Positions 1-13,294 of a stretch of 64,000 nt of DNA are shown here, in pieces. The notes beneath the pieces were generated by a model. That model made no database searches. It worked only from the letters and a program-made list of their open reading frames with translations, and was not told where the DNA came from. This DNA is from Hypanus sabinus (taxonomy: Eukaryota), in assembly GCF_030144855.1 (NCBI RefSeq), contig NC_082711.1:158286001-158350000 (forward strand), given 5' to 3'. The first letter of the stretch is position 1. Each line of letters begins with the position of its first letter. The translations under genes were made by a program, and so were the position numbers.

Positions 1-1110
1 TCAATGGGAAATGGGACCAGTATAAATTGGATGGTTTACAGTTGGGCAAGGCTGGGATCAATGTCCAAGGGCAACTGTTTGTTAGTGCTTTAGGGAAGGG
101 AATATGACAGGGGTATGAGAATCCAGGCAAAAAGACAGGGAAGAAATGCAGAAAGCACAGTGAAAGTTAGAAAGAACGCTAAAATTACTAGATTCTAAAA
201 AGGTTGATGAGTGCAAGGGCACTATCTGAGTGCCCGTAATTTTCAAAACATGGTCAGTGAACTTGTGGCACGAATCAGTACAAAGGGGTCTGCTATGCTG
301 ACCATTACAGAAATGTGGGTGCAGGGTGGAGACAATTGGAAATTAAGTATCCAAAGGTATCAGATAACATGGAAGAATAGGCAGGAAGGTAAAGGATGTA
401 AGGTAGTCCTCTTAATCAAGGATAAGATCAGAGTGATAGTGAGAGACAATATAAAATCTAAGGAGCAGTAAGTTCAGTCCATCTCGGTAGAGATTAGGAA
501 TAGTAAAGGGGGGAAAAATCATCTGTAGTTGTCTATAGGCCACAAAATAATAACCTTACAGTGGCATGGGCAATAAACCAAGAAATACCTGATGCATGTA
601 AGAATGTAACACCAGTTGTCAAGGAGGACTTTAACTTGCACAGAAAATATAGTAAACATTTTTATAATTATATAAACTAGAAAAGGCTGGCTAAAGATAA
701 CTCAAGTCCTTTGGAAGATGAGGAGGGGGTAACGTGGAAATTATGGATGATTATTTTGTGTCAGTCTTCTCAGTGGAGGATATGTCTAACATACCAAAGA
801 GAGACGTTATGGATGCAGTTGGAGGTGAGGACCTCAGTACAATCACTGTCATTAAAGAGGTAGGCCTAACAGTAGACAAGTCCCCTGGTCCTGATGAGAT
901 GCATCCCAGAGTACTGAAAGAAATGGCAGAAATTATAGTGGATACATTTGTGATATTTACCAAAATTCTCTGGACTCAGGGCAGGTCCCAGTGGATTGGA
1001 AGACAACAAATGTTATGTAATTATTTAAAAAAAGGATATAGGCAAAATAGAGGTAAATATAGGCCAGTTAACTTAATGTCTGTAACCAGGAAAATGTTTG
1101 ATGTCATCAC
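1..1110 (+). mobile_element. Degraded CR1-type LINE (ORF1 end, endonuclease and RT-proximal fragments)
   Basis: Peptides YFVSVFSVED, KSPGPDEMHPRVLKEMAEII and YRPVNL; frameshifted. Confidence 0.85.
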
Positions 1111-1667
1111 TATGCTATTATTAGGTTGTTCGCCCAATCTCTCATTTTTTTTTCTTTTGTGTATATGAGAGGGGGATTTGGGGGCTGATGTGCTTGTTCT
1201 GTTTTAGTTCATTTTTTTGTGCGGGGAGGATGGATCTGGTGGGGGGGGGTTGATAATCATGCTGCTGTTCTTTTCTTTCTTGATTTCGTGGCTATTTGGA
1301 GAAGAATAATTTCAGAGTTATATACTTTGATAATAATAAATAAATGAACCTATTATTGAGGGAACAGAACAATCTCAGAGGGCATTTTCATCATCTGCTC
1401 AATGATGCTTTAGAAAGAATATCCTGATAATTAAAAGACCACTGTCCCTATTCGCTTGACTCAGGCTCAGTTTAGAAAGATCCAGCTGCTGGAGGAACAC
1501 AGCGGGTTGAGCAGAATCTGCTGGTGGGAGGGGTTGCAAGGAATTGTCCACATCTCATCAAAACCATGCATCAGAATGCTGCCTGACCCACTGATCGTTG
1601 CTCCAGAATCCACCATCTGCTCTCCCTGGTGTCTCTATTAAAATCATCCGGTAAGCAAACAGCATTT

Positions 1668-2181
1668 TAGAAGCAACACACACAAAATGCTGGTGGAATG
1701 CAGCAGGCCAGGCAACATCTATAGGAAGAAGCAACGTCGACGTTTCGGGCCAAGACCCTTCGTCAGGACAAACTGAAAGAAAAGATAGTAAGAGATTTGA
1801 AAGTGGGAGGGGGAGGGGGAGATCCGAAATGATAGGAGAAGACAGGAGGGGGAGGGGTGAAGCTAAGAGCTGGAAAGGTGATTGGCAAAAGGGATACAGA
1901 ACTGGAGAAGGGAAAGGATCATGAGACGAGAGGCCTAGGGAGAAAGAAAGGGGGAGGGGAGCACCAGTGGGAGATTGAGAACAGGCAGAGCGATGGGCAG
2001 AGAGAGAAAAAAAAAAGGAGGGGGGAAATAAATAAATCAGGGATGGGGTAAGGAGAGGAGGGGCATTACGGGAAGTTAGAGAAATCAATGTTCATGCCAT
2101 CAGGTTGGAGGCCACCCAGATGGAATATAAGGTGTTGTTCCTCCAACCTGAGTGTGGCTTCATCTTGACAGTGGAGGAGGC
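1668..2181 (-). mobile_element. Penelope-like element 3' portion (GIY-YIG end, pyrimidine-rich UTR, hammerhead motif)
   Basis: CQDEATLRLEEQHLIFHLGGLQPDGMNIDFSNF followed by the shared terminal repeat. Confidence 0.85.
1736..1769 (-). ncRNA. Minimal type I hammerhead ribozyme motif (PLE)
   Basis: gtc-CTGACGA-a-gggtcttggccc-GAAA-cgtc-gac: intact core, stem II and GUC triplet. Confidence 0.75.
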
Positions 2182-2434
2182 ATTTTAGATGGTTAGGCTC
2201 CAAAGTCAGCAGCTTGGCAGTGGGAGAGGATGGAAGGCAACAATGGGGGCCTATATGAGCCACTAATCACCCACCCTAGGGAAGCCATTGACTCTGTACT
2301 ACTGTCACTCAGCCTAACCAGTTCCAGCTGAAACATTCCTGAAGCCTGATCCACAGGGAGACAGCAACCTTCACCAAGAAACTGCGGCAACACAAGTACC
2401 CCCTTCCCAAGTTCCATTAACATTTTTAGAAAGC

Positions 2435-2572
2435 ACTGAGTCCTGATGAAGGGTCTCAGCTCGAAAGCTTGACTGTTTACTCGTTTCCATAGATACTGCC
2501 CGACCTGCTGAGTTCCTCCAGCATTCTGTGTGTGTTTCTTTAGATTTCCAGCATTTGCAGATTTTCTTATGC
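2435..2572 (+). mobile_element. PLE terminal-repeat fragment with hammerhead motif (2439-2474)
   Basis: agtc-CTGATGA-agggtctcagctc-GAAA-gctt-gact followed by the shared gatactgcccgacctgctgagttcctccagcatt tail. Confidence 0.75.
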
Positions 2573-3359
2573 ATTACACTTTATCCTTTGTTGTGAACTG
2601 ATGATCACCCTGCTTTAAATTGGAGTCTATCAGCTCCTTTCCTTCTTTATACCCTAGTTCTTCTTTCCAACCACACTCTACCCATAGCAAGTCTTTCACT
2701 TTATCAATCTAATTGGTTCTGCTGTGATATACTTCACGGGATTTGGGGTAAACCTATTTTTACGTTTTAAATTACTTTTAATTTCCTTTGGTTCTCTCAT
2801 TTCTTTTTCTTCTTTTATTTATTTTTTTAAATTGGTAAACCTATCCACCAGCATAACTGAGACCATTTACTTCAACAAAAAGTCTTTTGTAGCTCAGGCA
2901 AAACTTGCGGAACAAGAACCTGAGTTGATGTTTCAGATCTGATGCAAGGTCAATGACCTGAAATATTAACTCTTCTTCTCTCTGCCCAAATGCTCCCTTA
3001 CCTGCTGAGGGCTTCTAACATTTTTCAGTTTTTGTGTGTGGATTGTCAGCACATGCAGTGATTTTTGCTTTTTGAGGCTTTAATAGGAGTAGCCCTAGAG
3101 GAAAGTCAATTGCCAGCAAATACTTGTGCTTGGCCCCAGAATGCTCACAGCCTGTGACCGATCCTGTAATTGGCCAAGTACATAGCAACAGTGTCTAAAG
3201 TATTAGTTTTCTCCAGAACAAGCCGACTGAACAATGATTGATATTTCAAGAATGTAAAAATTCTTACATTGTTGTTAGACCCATCCCCCACCAATGGAAC
3301 ATGAACAGGTATAAACATGCAGACAGAATAAATGACTATTTTGTTCCCTTTTCATCATA

Positions 3360-3875
3360 AAGCCAATGAGCAGAATTAGGCCATTCAGCCCATCAAGTTT
3401 CCTCTACCATTCAAACATGACTGATTTATTTTCCCATTCTCCTGTCTTCCCCCAGTAATCTTTGATGCCTTAACTAATCAAGATCCCATCAAACTCTGCT
3501 TTAAATATACCCAATGAATTGGCCTCCAAAGCCATCTGTGGCAATGGATTCCACAGATTCATCACTTTCTAGCTAAAGAAATTTCCCTTCATCTGTTCTA
3601 AATGGATGTCCTTCTATTCTGATGCTGTACCCTCTAGTCCTAGATTCTCCCACTGTTGGAAACATACTCTCTCCATGTCCAATTTAGGCCTTTCAATATT
3701 CACTATGTGTCAATGAGATCTGTCCTCATTCTTCTAAACTCCAGTGAATTTGGGCCCAGAGCCATCAAACACTCCCAATACATCCACTCTTTCATTCCTG
3801 GGATCATTCTTGTAAACCTCCTCTGCATCCTCGCCAATGCCATCACCTCCTTTCTTAGATATTGGGCACAAAACT
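3360..3875 (-). mobile_element. CR1-type LINE 3' fragment
   Basis: YLRKEVMALARMQRRFTRMIPG...SLEFRRMRTDLI plus a typical CR1 3' UTR. Confidence 0.85.
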
Positions 3876-4300
3876 GATGAGGCCACACTCAGGTTTGAAG
3901 AGCAACAACTCATATTCTGTGTGGATAGCCTCCAACCTGAGGGCATAAGCATTGGTTTCTCCAACTTCCAGTAATGTCTCCCCTTCTCTCCTTCACCATT
4001 TCACTTTCCCTCTCAATCACCTCCCTCTGGTGCTTTTCCTCCTTCCCTTTCTTCCATGGGCCACTACCTTCTCCTATCAGATTCCTCAGCCCTTTACCTC
4101 TTGCACCCATCATCTCCCAGCTTCTTACTTCATCCCCACTCCCCCTCACCCCACCTTCTTATCCTGGCTTCTTCACCCTCCCCGTCCAGTCCTGAAGAAG
4201 GGTCTCAGTCTGAAGGATCGACTGATTATTCCCCTCCACGGACATTGCCTGAACTCCACCAGCACTCAAGATTTCTTGCATCTGCAGAATCTCTTGTGCT
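3876..4300 (+). mobile_element. Penelope-like element 3' portion, degraded hammerhead
   Basis: DEATLRFEEQQLIFCVDSLQP-type remnant and the shared terminal repeat. Confidence 0.75.
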
Positions 4301-4682
4301 TGTTACACCAGAAACTGTTCGACAATTTGATAATGGCAGCTCTCAGTAAAGGATCTACTTTATTCAAGTATATTTTTACATGTATTAGTAATCCGCTGTG
4401 GTGTGCTGGCACAACATGCAACAAAGAAACAAGAACATTCAACAATTATAAACAATAAAAAATTATATCAAAATAGATCGTAAAATGCAGATATGTAATA
4501 AAATGTTCATAAATGCATACAGTAAGTACTAATGTGTATTGACAATGCAAACACTATTATTAAAAAATGGTTTCAAGGGTTTTAAAGATGGCACTTGTGA
4601 ACTTCAGCAGCTTCTGACTGGTGGCTAATGAAACAAGGAAACCTACTAAATACTTCATTAATCACACTTTTACAGGCAAATG

Positions 4683-4990
4683 GAACCGCCTGGTGGTGCA
4701 GTGACATCAGTGCCGGACTCTGGAGCAAAGGTTCCCGAGTTCGAATCCAGTCAGGCCGCTCCCAGACACACTTTCCATCTGTGCCGGGTTGAGTGTCGAG
4801 CTCGCAACTTGGCCTCGTTAAAAAATAGCACTGCACTGTGAGAAGGACGTGGGGGACCACTCACATAATCTTTCCTCTAAGACAACCACTTGAATCAAAA
4901 GAGGTTGCTGAGGCTCTGCTAGAGTACGGCACCCAAAAAAAAAGCAAGCAAATGATCATTGCAAGTAATAGTCTGTAACTTCCCTTTGGA
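4683..4990 (+). mobile_element. tRNA-derived SINE
   Basis: A-box-like TGGTGCAGTG and B box GAGTTCGAATCC with no full cloverleaf; CpG-rich body. Confidence 0.6.
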
Positions 4991-6224
4991 CTTGAAGACC
5001 ATTTGACATGGCAGAACAGAGGTCTGTTGTTGAGAACGAGGAGGACCCGAAGTTCGATTAATTTAAGTGCCGTGCCAAAGGCCAAATCGAAGTGGGAAGG
5101 TTCAAGCACCAGAGCATATTGATTAGACTGAACTCGACGTCTGGACATCGTGCCGTGCCAAACTGGAAAGGTTGGTTAAGTGCCGAATTGAGGCAGTAAA
5201 ATCCAGGCCCCAGAGCATAACGAGGCGATTGAACCTGATGTTTGGATGTCGATTTAGGCACCAAGACAGCTTGAGAAGGTCAGTGTGTTGGGGCTTGAGG
5301 CGAACGGTGGGCTGCTTCAGATCGCTGCTCCATGAATTTACTTGGCTCTGCACTAAACTATGGGACTCTCTTGCAGTCTTCAATTCAGAAGGCTATTTGC
5401 TTTTTTTTTCCTTCTCTGTACACTATGTGTTTGACAGTCTTTGTTTTTAATACATGGGTAGTATTTTTTGGGTTTCTTTGTTTCGTGATACGAGTCAGGA
5501 AATGAAGCTCTGGGTTGTATAATGTATACATATTTTGATAATAAATTTTCTGTGAAAGTTTTTGAACTGGAAAGGATGTACTATTGTTAGCTCTCTCTAG
5601 GTCTCTCAGAAATACCAAAGAAACTCACAGACATGACTACTCGTTTCTCACCCGAGGCTGTGGATACTTCTAGTGCAGGGTGTCCCTGCCCCTCTAAATC
5701 GGAGTCATATGAATGCTTAGCAGGGCCCCCTGCAGGGGCTATTCTATCCAGTTCCTGGTTTAACTTCAGTCCCTTTCACAAATCTCTGACCGGAGTTGGT
5801 GGAAAATCCTCAAGAATTGGGAGGAAAATCTCAAACCCAAACCACTGTTTGTTGGGAGCTGCTATCACCAGGGTTAAAAATCCCAGGGGAAGAGATGCTG
5901 AATTTTCTCCATCAAACTTAATCTGTTTTTGCTGAGACACACACTCAGGGATCACAAAACCCTGAGGCAGTGAAGTTATAAAAGATTCTCCTCACAGTCC
6001 CGCCCCTCTTCTGTCTGTGCAGCGCCGGGACCTCCAACGTTGCTACATTCCTCTTCTGTTAGCTCACTTCGACAGACATATATGGAAGGTGCAGCCCACC
6101 CCAAACAGAAACCAATGAAGACATCAGGTTTCACGGAAACAACTGTCAATTCAGATATTAGCCAAAACATTTTTTTCCAAAATCCACTTCAGTAACTTCT
6201 GAATGAATATTATTTTTCAGTCCA

Positions 6225-6530
6225 AAGGCAGATTTCAGTCAGAGGCTGTTGAGCAGCCAGACTTCAGCTGGAGGGTGTAAAGGGTATGGCTGGATCTCAG
6301 TCAGACAATATGAAATACAGCCAGGTTTCAGCTACATGGTGTCAATTACATTCTGACTGCAGTCAGATGAAGTAGACTGCAGCTAGAGTTCACTCAGAGA
6401 ACGTGGAGTAACAGTCAGCGTTTATTTGGAGGGTTTCAGCCAGATTTCAGTCAGAAGATACGGGGTGTGGTGTTCAGTCTGAGTGCGGCATACAGACAGA
6501 TTTCAGAGTGCAGTCAGATTCAGATGACAA
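6225..6530. repeat. Degenerate minisatellite, core CAGCCAGATTTCAGTCAGA with variable spacers
   Basis: About 9 imperfect copies at roughly 25-35 nt spacing. Confidence 0.55.
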
Positions 6531-6659
6531 AGGCTGTCAGGATGCAAACACACTGATTAGAGAACACATGCCTTCAGAATAGAAACACCAGTGCTCCAAA
6601 GGAGGTGACGATACAGGAAGGAGTTTGAAAATCTGACTGTGTGGTAACACCAACCCGCT

Positions 6660-7500
6660 AATTGCCCCCCGGCACTTACCCTGCAAATGGCCCAAGTACT
6701 ACACCTGTCCATATATCTGCCTCACCTCTATTCAGGGCCCCAGGCACTCCTTCGGGGAGGTAACATTTGACATGAAATCTGCCGGCATTGTCCATTATGT
6801 CTGGAGCTCCGATGCGGGCTCCTCTACATTGGTGAGACCCAATAATATCCGTCATGGCACTTATCCCTGCAAGCGGCTGAGGTGTTACACCTGCCCATAC
6901 ACCTCCACTGGTGTGGCCTCCTTTACATCGATGAGACCCATCATAAATTGGGGGACCACTTCTTTGAACACCTCCACACCATCCACCATCCTGGAGGCCA
7001 AACATTTTAATTCTGATTCCCATTCTGACATATCTATCCATGGGCTTCTCTTGTGTCAAGATGAGGCCACTCTCAGGGTGCAGGAGCAAAACCTTGTGTT
7101 CCATCTGGGTATTCTCCAACCTGATGGCATGAATATCAATTTCTCCTTTCGGCAAACAATTTTCACCCCACCCTTCCTTTATTCCTCACTCTGACCTTTT
7201 ACATCTTCTCACCTACCTATTACTTCCCCCTGGGTCCCTTCCTCCTTTTCTTTCCCCTATAGTCCACTCTCCTCTCCTATCAGATTCCTTCTTCTCCAGC
7301 TTTTGACCTGTCCCACCCACTTGGCCTCACCTATCACCTTCCAACTAGCCTCCTTCCCCCAACCCCCCCCACCCTTTTTAATCTGGCATACTCCTCCTTC
7401 CTTCTCGGTCCTGAGAAGGGTCTCGGCCCAAAACATTGACAGTCTATTCATTTCCATTGATGCTGCCTGACCTACTGAGCTCCTCCAGCATTTTGTGCAT
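6660..7500 (+). mobile_element. Penelope-like element 3' portion (GIY-YIG remnant)
   Basis: GTYPCKRLRCYTCPY...HFNSDSHSDISIHGLLLCQDEATLRVQEQNLVFHLGILQPDGMNINFS and a degraded hammerhead near 7410. Confidence 0.85.
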
Positions 7501-8100
7501 GAGCTTCTTACTCAATATCAGCAAGACCAATGAGCAGATTATTGAATTTAGGAGAAGGAACCCAGAGGTCCATGAGCCAATTGTCATTGGAGGATCAGAG
7601 GTGGAGAGTGTCAGCATCTTTAAGTTCCTCAGTGTTACTATTTCAGAGGACCTGTACCGTACACAAGTGCAATTATGCAGAAAGCACAGCAGCAGCTCTA
7701 CTTCCTTAGGAGTTTGCAAGATTTGGCATGGCATCTAAAACTTTGACAAACTTCTGTAGATAAGTAACGGAGAGTATATTGTCAGGCTGCATCACAACCT
7801 AGTATGGAAACATCTATGCCCCTGAACTGACAATCCTGCAAAATGAACTGGATATGGCCCAGCCCATCACTCGTAAAGCCCTCCCCACCTTTCAGTACAT
7901 CTACACGAAGCATAATCACTGGAAAGCAGCATCTATCATCAGGGACCCCCACCATCCAGGAAATGCTCTCTTCAAACTGCTGCTATTAGGAAGAAGGTAT
8001 AGGAGCCTCAGGACTCATACCACCAGGTTCAGGAAAGGTTATCACCCCTGAACAATAAGGCTCTTGAAACAAATGGGTTAACTTCACTCAACTTCACGTG
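7500..8100 (+). mobile_element. Rex1/Babar-like LINE RT C-terminal fragment
   Basis: LNISKTNEQIIEFRR...FKFLSVTISEDL and IIRDPHHPGNALFKLLLLGRRYRSLRTHTTRFR. Confidence 0.8.
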
Positions 8101-9289
8101 CCCCATCGCTGGTACTAAGAGTGCTAGGCTGCATGTTTGGAATTGTTTAAGACACTATTAGGAAACCATGAAAACATTTAATTTTACAACTGTTTGGCTA
8201 CATAGCTTTCACCCTCAGAAACACCTGAACTATAACTACTTAACAGTACATTCTCTGATGGGGGCAGTTCTCAATTACTGGAAAAACAAACCAGATCAGA
8301 TTTTTCCCCCCACAAAGGACAAGAGCTGGTTCAACGGACAACTTCCTTCTTTGCAGCACTTGACCATCCACACAGTTGCTACAACCAGAAGACATTATTT
8401 TTTCCTACTGTAAAGTTAAAATAAAAGCATAAAATTATTGTTCCCTCTAAGCTGTGCAGGTTTGTGGCCATGCAGTAACTGAAATGCTCCCGCGCACATA
8501 GCTTTTGTTGTGCAAGAGGAATTAGACGCAGCTTGAAAAAGTCTCCGAAACATGAAAAGATTTTCTTTGTTGTACTGTATTTCACTACACTGATCAAATA
8601 ATAAAATCAAAAGTATGTGATCTTTCAATTTTCATTCTAAATATTCATAGCATGCATATTACAAAAAAACAGTAGAAGTGCTGTGCAGTTTTCAGGCTGT
8701 GCAAAAATTCCCTGCTTAGAGCAATGGCTGGTCCATGCAGCTGTAAAAAAAAATAGGGGGAACATTGGGTGAAATGTTCCCCAGGGTTGGGTTGCATCAG
8801 TTGAAAGAGAAGCAGTTAACATTTCTGATCAGAAACCTCATTTCCAACCCCTCCCCACAAACCTTTCACCTTTGACCTGAAATATTAATTCTATTTTGTT
8901 TTCTTTCCACAAATGCTGCCTGACTAGCTGAGTATTTCCACTATTTCAGTTTCCAATTCAGATTCCCGGCCCCCTGCTTTTACTGATTTTATTTGGCTAA
9001 TGTTGAAGTACTCAACATTAAGGATATGATTGAGGTGCACTTGATTATATACACGTACTGCTGGAGTTAATGGAATCCTCCCTGCAGCACAGGGCTGCCA
9101 TGACAAATTGCTTGTATGTCTCCTTTTCATATTGCTATCAGAGAATGATAGTTTCTCAAAATTCCCAGAACATAGATCACTTAGCTAGCAAAAACCCAAA
9201 GGTGCTCAGTGCCCTTTGCCCAACATGCCAGTTCTCCCTAGTATTAGATTATAGGAATTCTGAAGGTTCATGCAGGGAACTGCCAACAG

Positions 9290-10300
9290 AACATAGAGTA
9301 CATTACAGTACAGGCCCTTCAGCTTACAATATTGTGTTGAACTTTTAACCTACTCCAAGGTTAATTTAATCTTCCCTCACACATAGACCTCTATTTTTCT
9401 TTCATCCATGTGTCTCTCTAAGAGCTGTTTAAATTTTCCTAATGTAGCTGTTCCTGTCTGTGTACAAAACATCTCTGGCATCCTCCCTACAGCTTCCTCT
9501 AATGATATTAAACCAGGGGTTCTCAACCTGGGGCCATGGACCCTTTGCTTAATGGTATTGGTCCATGGGATAAAAAAGGTTGGGAACCCCTGCATTAAAA
9601 GTATCCCTTCTCATATTTCTCTTTGCCAATCTGGGAAAAAGGCACTGGCTGTCAACTCTGTCTATCCCTCTTATCTACCTCTGTCAAGTCGCTTTCCATT
9701 CTCCTTCACTCCAAAGGGAAAATTTCAACCTTTTCACATAAGGCAAGCTCTCTAGTCCATGCTACATCCTAGGAAATCTCCTCTGTGCTCTCTCTAAAGC
9801 ATCCACATCCTTCCTATAACAAGGTGACCAGAACTGAACACACTATACCAAGTTCTTAATAAGAGCTGCAACATTACCTCACAACTCCTGCATGCAATCC
9901 CTTGACTACTGGAGGCCAACACACCATCCACCTTCTTAACCACTCCGCTCAAAGTTGCCATGCAAGTTGATGATCTACAGATCCCAAGATCCATCTGTTC
10001 CTCCACAGTGCTAAGAATTCTGCTATTAACCTTGTACTCTACTTTCAAGTTTGCCCTTCCAATGTTAATCGCAACACACTTTTCCAGGTTGAATTCCATC
10101 TGCCACTTCTCAGCTAGCTCTATATCCTGTAGCTGTCCCATTATAGCCTACAACAACCTTCTACACTATCTGCAACACCACCAACCTTTGTGTCGTCTGC
10201 AAACTCTTTCACCTTCTCATCCATGTCATTTATAAAAATACTTAAAAGAGCACAGGTCCCAAATCAGTCCCCTGTGAAGCAACACTGGTCACCGACTTTG
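9290..10300 (-). mobile_element. CR1-type LINE 3' fragment
   Basis: AEKWQMEFNLEKCVAINIGRAN; CR1-like tail. Confidence 0.8.
9514..9592. mobile_element. 79-bp hAT/Charlie-type MITE nested in CR1
   Basis: TIRs CAGGGGTTCTCAACCT / AGGTTGGGAACCCCTG; flanks TATTAAAC and CATTAAAA resemble an 8-bp TSD. Confidence 0.8.
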
Positions 10301-10582
10301 TGAAGGAAAACACCTCAAAAGAGAGAAATTCAAGTAAACACTAACACCATGCCACAGGGTCAGGGAGTCATCATCATACAATATCAAAAATCCATCAATG
10401 CTCAATGCAATTTTCCAATACATGCTGCCTCTGAGTCACATAAGGGTAATGTTCTTGCGGTACAAGAGAGACTGCAGATGCCAGAAATCCTAAGAAACAC
10501 ACACAAAATGCTGGAGGAACTCAGCAAATCAGGCAGCATCTCCGGAAGGAAATAAATACTCAATGATTTGTGTGTTTTATAT

Positions 10583-10655
10583 ACACAATTACACATAGTA
10601 TTACACATATTACACAATTACACATAGTATTACACATATTACACAATTACACATA
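10583..10655. repeat. 29-bp tandem repeat (ACACAATTACACATAGTATTACACATATT), about 2.5 copies
   Basis: Read directly. Confidence 0.85.
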
Positions 10656-10939
10656 TATACACAGTTCTTGGGAATGGGATAAGTCAGAAACATTCATTTT
10701 CTATAGCTACCTGTGCCATTTCACTTTACATAACGCTATCTATAATTCTTTAATTCCATTGAATAATCACTCTAGATGCTACTTATAAATAACCTCATTG
10801 AATATATACCTAATCCAGTCATTAATGAACACAATGTAACATTATTATTGTTACGAGCTTGAGAAATGCTTTAAAAATGCATTGGAGAATTTGCTTAGTC
10901 AGATTTTCCAAGCCATTCGTGACATGGGGAATGCCTTCT

Positions 10940-11950
10940 ATGCTTTTGCAATTCAAATGCTCATCTAGATACATCCACCACCTCTGTCAGGATGGGCATT
11001 TAGACAGAATCTGAAATAGAATTGAACCGCCATCTGCTGAAGCCATTCCTCTTCTGGTTCCCTTTAAACCTTCTACACTTTGTTTTAAATCTATGCCCAC
11101 TAGGTTCAGGCACCTCTGCTACAGGGATCATTTCTTACTGTTTACCCTATTTATGACCCTAATAAGTTCGTAGCAAGGCCCCGTCCATCTTCTCTGCTCC
11201 TCCGGAAAGAAAAACTAGCCCACCTAGTCTCTCTTTATACCCAAACTGCTCCATCCTAGGCAATGTCCTGGTAAATCTCCTCTGCACCCTCTCCAGTATA
11301 ATCACAGCCTTCCCATCGTGTGGAAACCAGAACATCACACAGTACTCCATTTGTGGCCTAACCAATGCTTTATATAGTTGTATCTTAACCTCTATGCCTT
11401 AGCCCCTTGTACTGTACACCAGATCCTGATTTTCTGCCACTCGTTTGTGACCAGACCGTACTAGTTCTCCCACAATATATCTGTTCACACTCATCATGAT
11501 TAAATTCCATCTAAAATTGCTCTGCCTTTTTTTACCAACTCTTTCTGTTGACTATCTGCAAACTTCCTAATCATACCTCCCATATTCACAGTCAAATCAT
11601 TAATATTTATCACCATTAAGGTCAGAGCAGCAATCCCTTTTGGACATCCAAGACCATAAGCTTCCAATTACTAAAATAACACTCCACCATCAACCATTTC
11701 CTCTTATTACCAGGCCAATTTTGGTTCAAATTTACCAACTAGGCCTGGATCATATGAACTCTAATCTTTCAGGGCAGCCTTCTCAAAGGTTTTACTAAAT
11801 TCCAGGCTGCCTACATCAATTGTACTGCCCTTGTTACATCAATATCCTTTGTTATCTCTTCAAAAAAAATTAAATTGGTCAGATAGGATTTTTCCTAAAC
11901 AAAACCATATCTTTAATTAATTCCCACCTTTCTAAGTGCAGACTAATCCT
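10940..11950 (-). mobile_element. Old CR1-type LINE fragment
   Basis: VRPQMEYCVMFWFPH...LERVQRRFTRTLP. Confidence 0.75.
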
Positions 11951-13294
11951 GTCCCTCATTTTTTAAATCCATATACTCTATCTGTCTGGCTTGTGTGACT
12001 TGAAGGACATTTCCTTGTAGTAATCTTGGAGTCCTAGAAATACTAATAAACAGTTGTTCTTCGTAGTAAGTGTTAAATGTTTGGCCATCATCCAGCTCTT
12101 GTTAGTTCAATTCCAATGTGTTAAGTTCATTTCGGCAAAAAAAAATCTGGTTTCAAACGAGACTCTGCCCATGAAGCTATGTATTTATTTAAACAAAACA
12201 CACAATCCACTAACATCTGCCTACTTGTGACTCCAATCACACACAAGTGTTGCAGCCCTTTGAAATGGTTTAGCAAGCTCTTCAAACAACTAGGATCGGA
12301 AATGAATGTCAGTTAGCCAATGAAGCCTATACAGACTTTGGAATAAATTTTGTCTGATCTTTCTCAACCAAAAAAAGCCAAATTGAGAATTTTATGTTCG
12401 TCAAACGTAGATTTCACTTGGACCCTGTTTTGACTGACATGAAATAAGAAGTGTTTAATGTAATCGCAACAGATTTGGTCTGGATAAGCCAATAATTAAA
12501 TGTGTCACAGTGGCACATAATAGTTTGGTGCAAGTTTCGTTAAACAGTGCATAAATAAACGCTTGACTTTTGAATCAGTCTATATTATTTAATGAGAAAA
12601 AACATTGATGCGAAAGGGCTGGACTAAAACAACAATGAAGTTTCTGTATTTAATTCAGAGCCAGTAACTGAGAACATGTGAAAAATAAGCTGTACTGCTG
12701 AAACCATGAATTATTAATGAAAAAGTGAGGAATCCTTAGTGTTCAGTCTACTTTCAAAACCAATTTCCTTCATTAATAATTACCGAGATTTTATGGATGC
12801 AGTAATGTGGTTTCATAGTGTAATGTCACCAGCATTACATTATGAAACTGACTGGAACTTTAGGACTGTTATGTGAGTATAACATTTCAGAAAACTCGCA
12901 ATTCTGCCAGCTGTCAGTCTCTTGTCTACAAAGTGTGCTACTTGCATCTTTTGTCCCTGCTCACTTGTGGGAAATGAGTCAACTGACAAATAGTTACATA
13001 TAAACAAACCTTGCTGTAAAATCCCTAAAAAAAACCACTGCATTTTGTTTAACAACATATTAGTGAATCTTTATTGACAGCATGCTAAGCTTTAATTACT
13101 GCTTAGCAAACTTTCTGGCCTAAGACGATAAAAATGTTTGATAGACGTGGTTTCATCAGATAAATGTTACAGAATAAAAATGCTTAAAAAGATAATTATG
13201 TTCCAGTTTTGATCATAATCAAAGCATTCTTCAATTCAACACATCCTTTATATTAGGCTCTTTAAAATATTAGTTAAAAGTTGCACACTTAAGT

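Noticed and set aside
4683-4760. tRNA gene
   Set aside because: A and B boxes are present, but there are no proper acceptor or anticodon stems and the sequence continues into a SINE body.
6225-6530. CRISPR array
   Set aside because: Vertebrate DNA, degenerate repeats, short irregular spacers, no cas genes.
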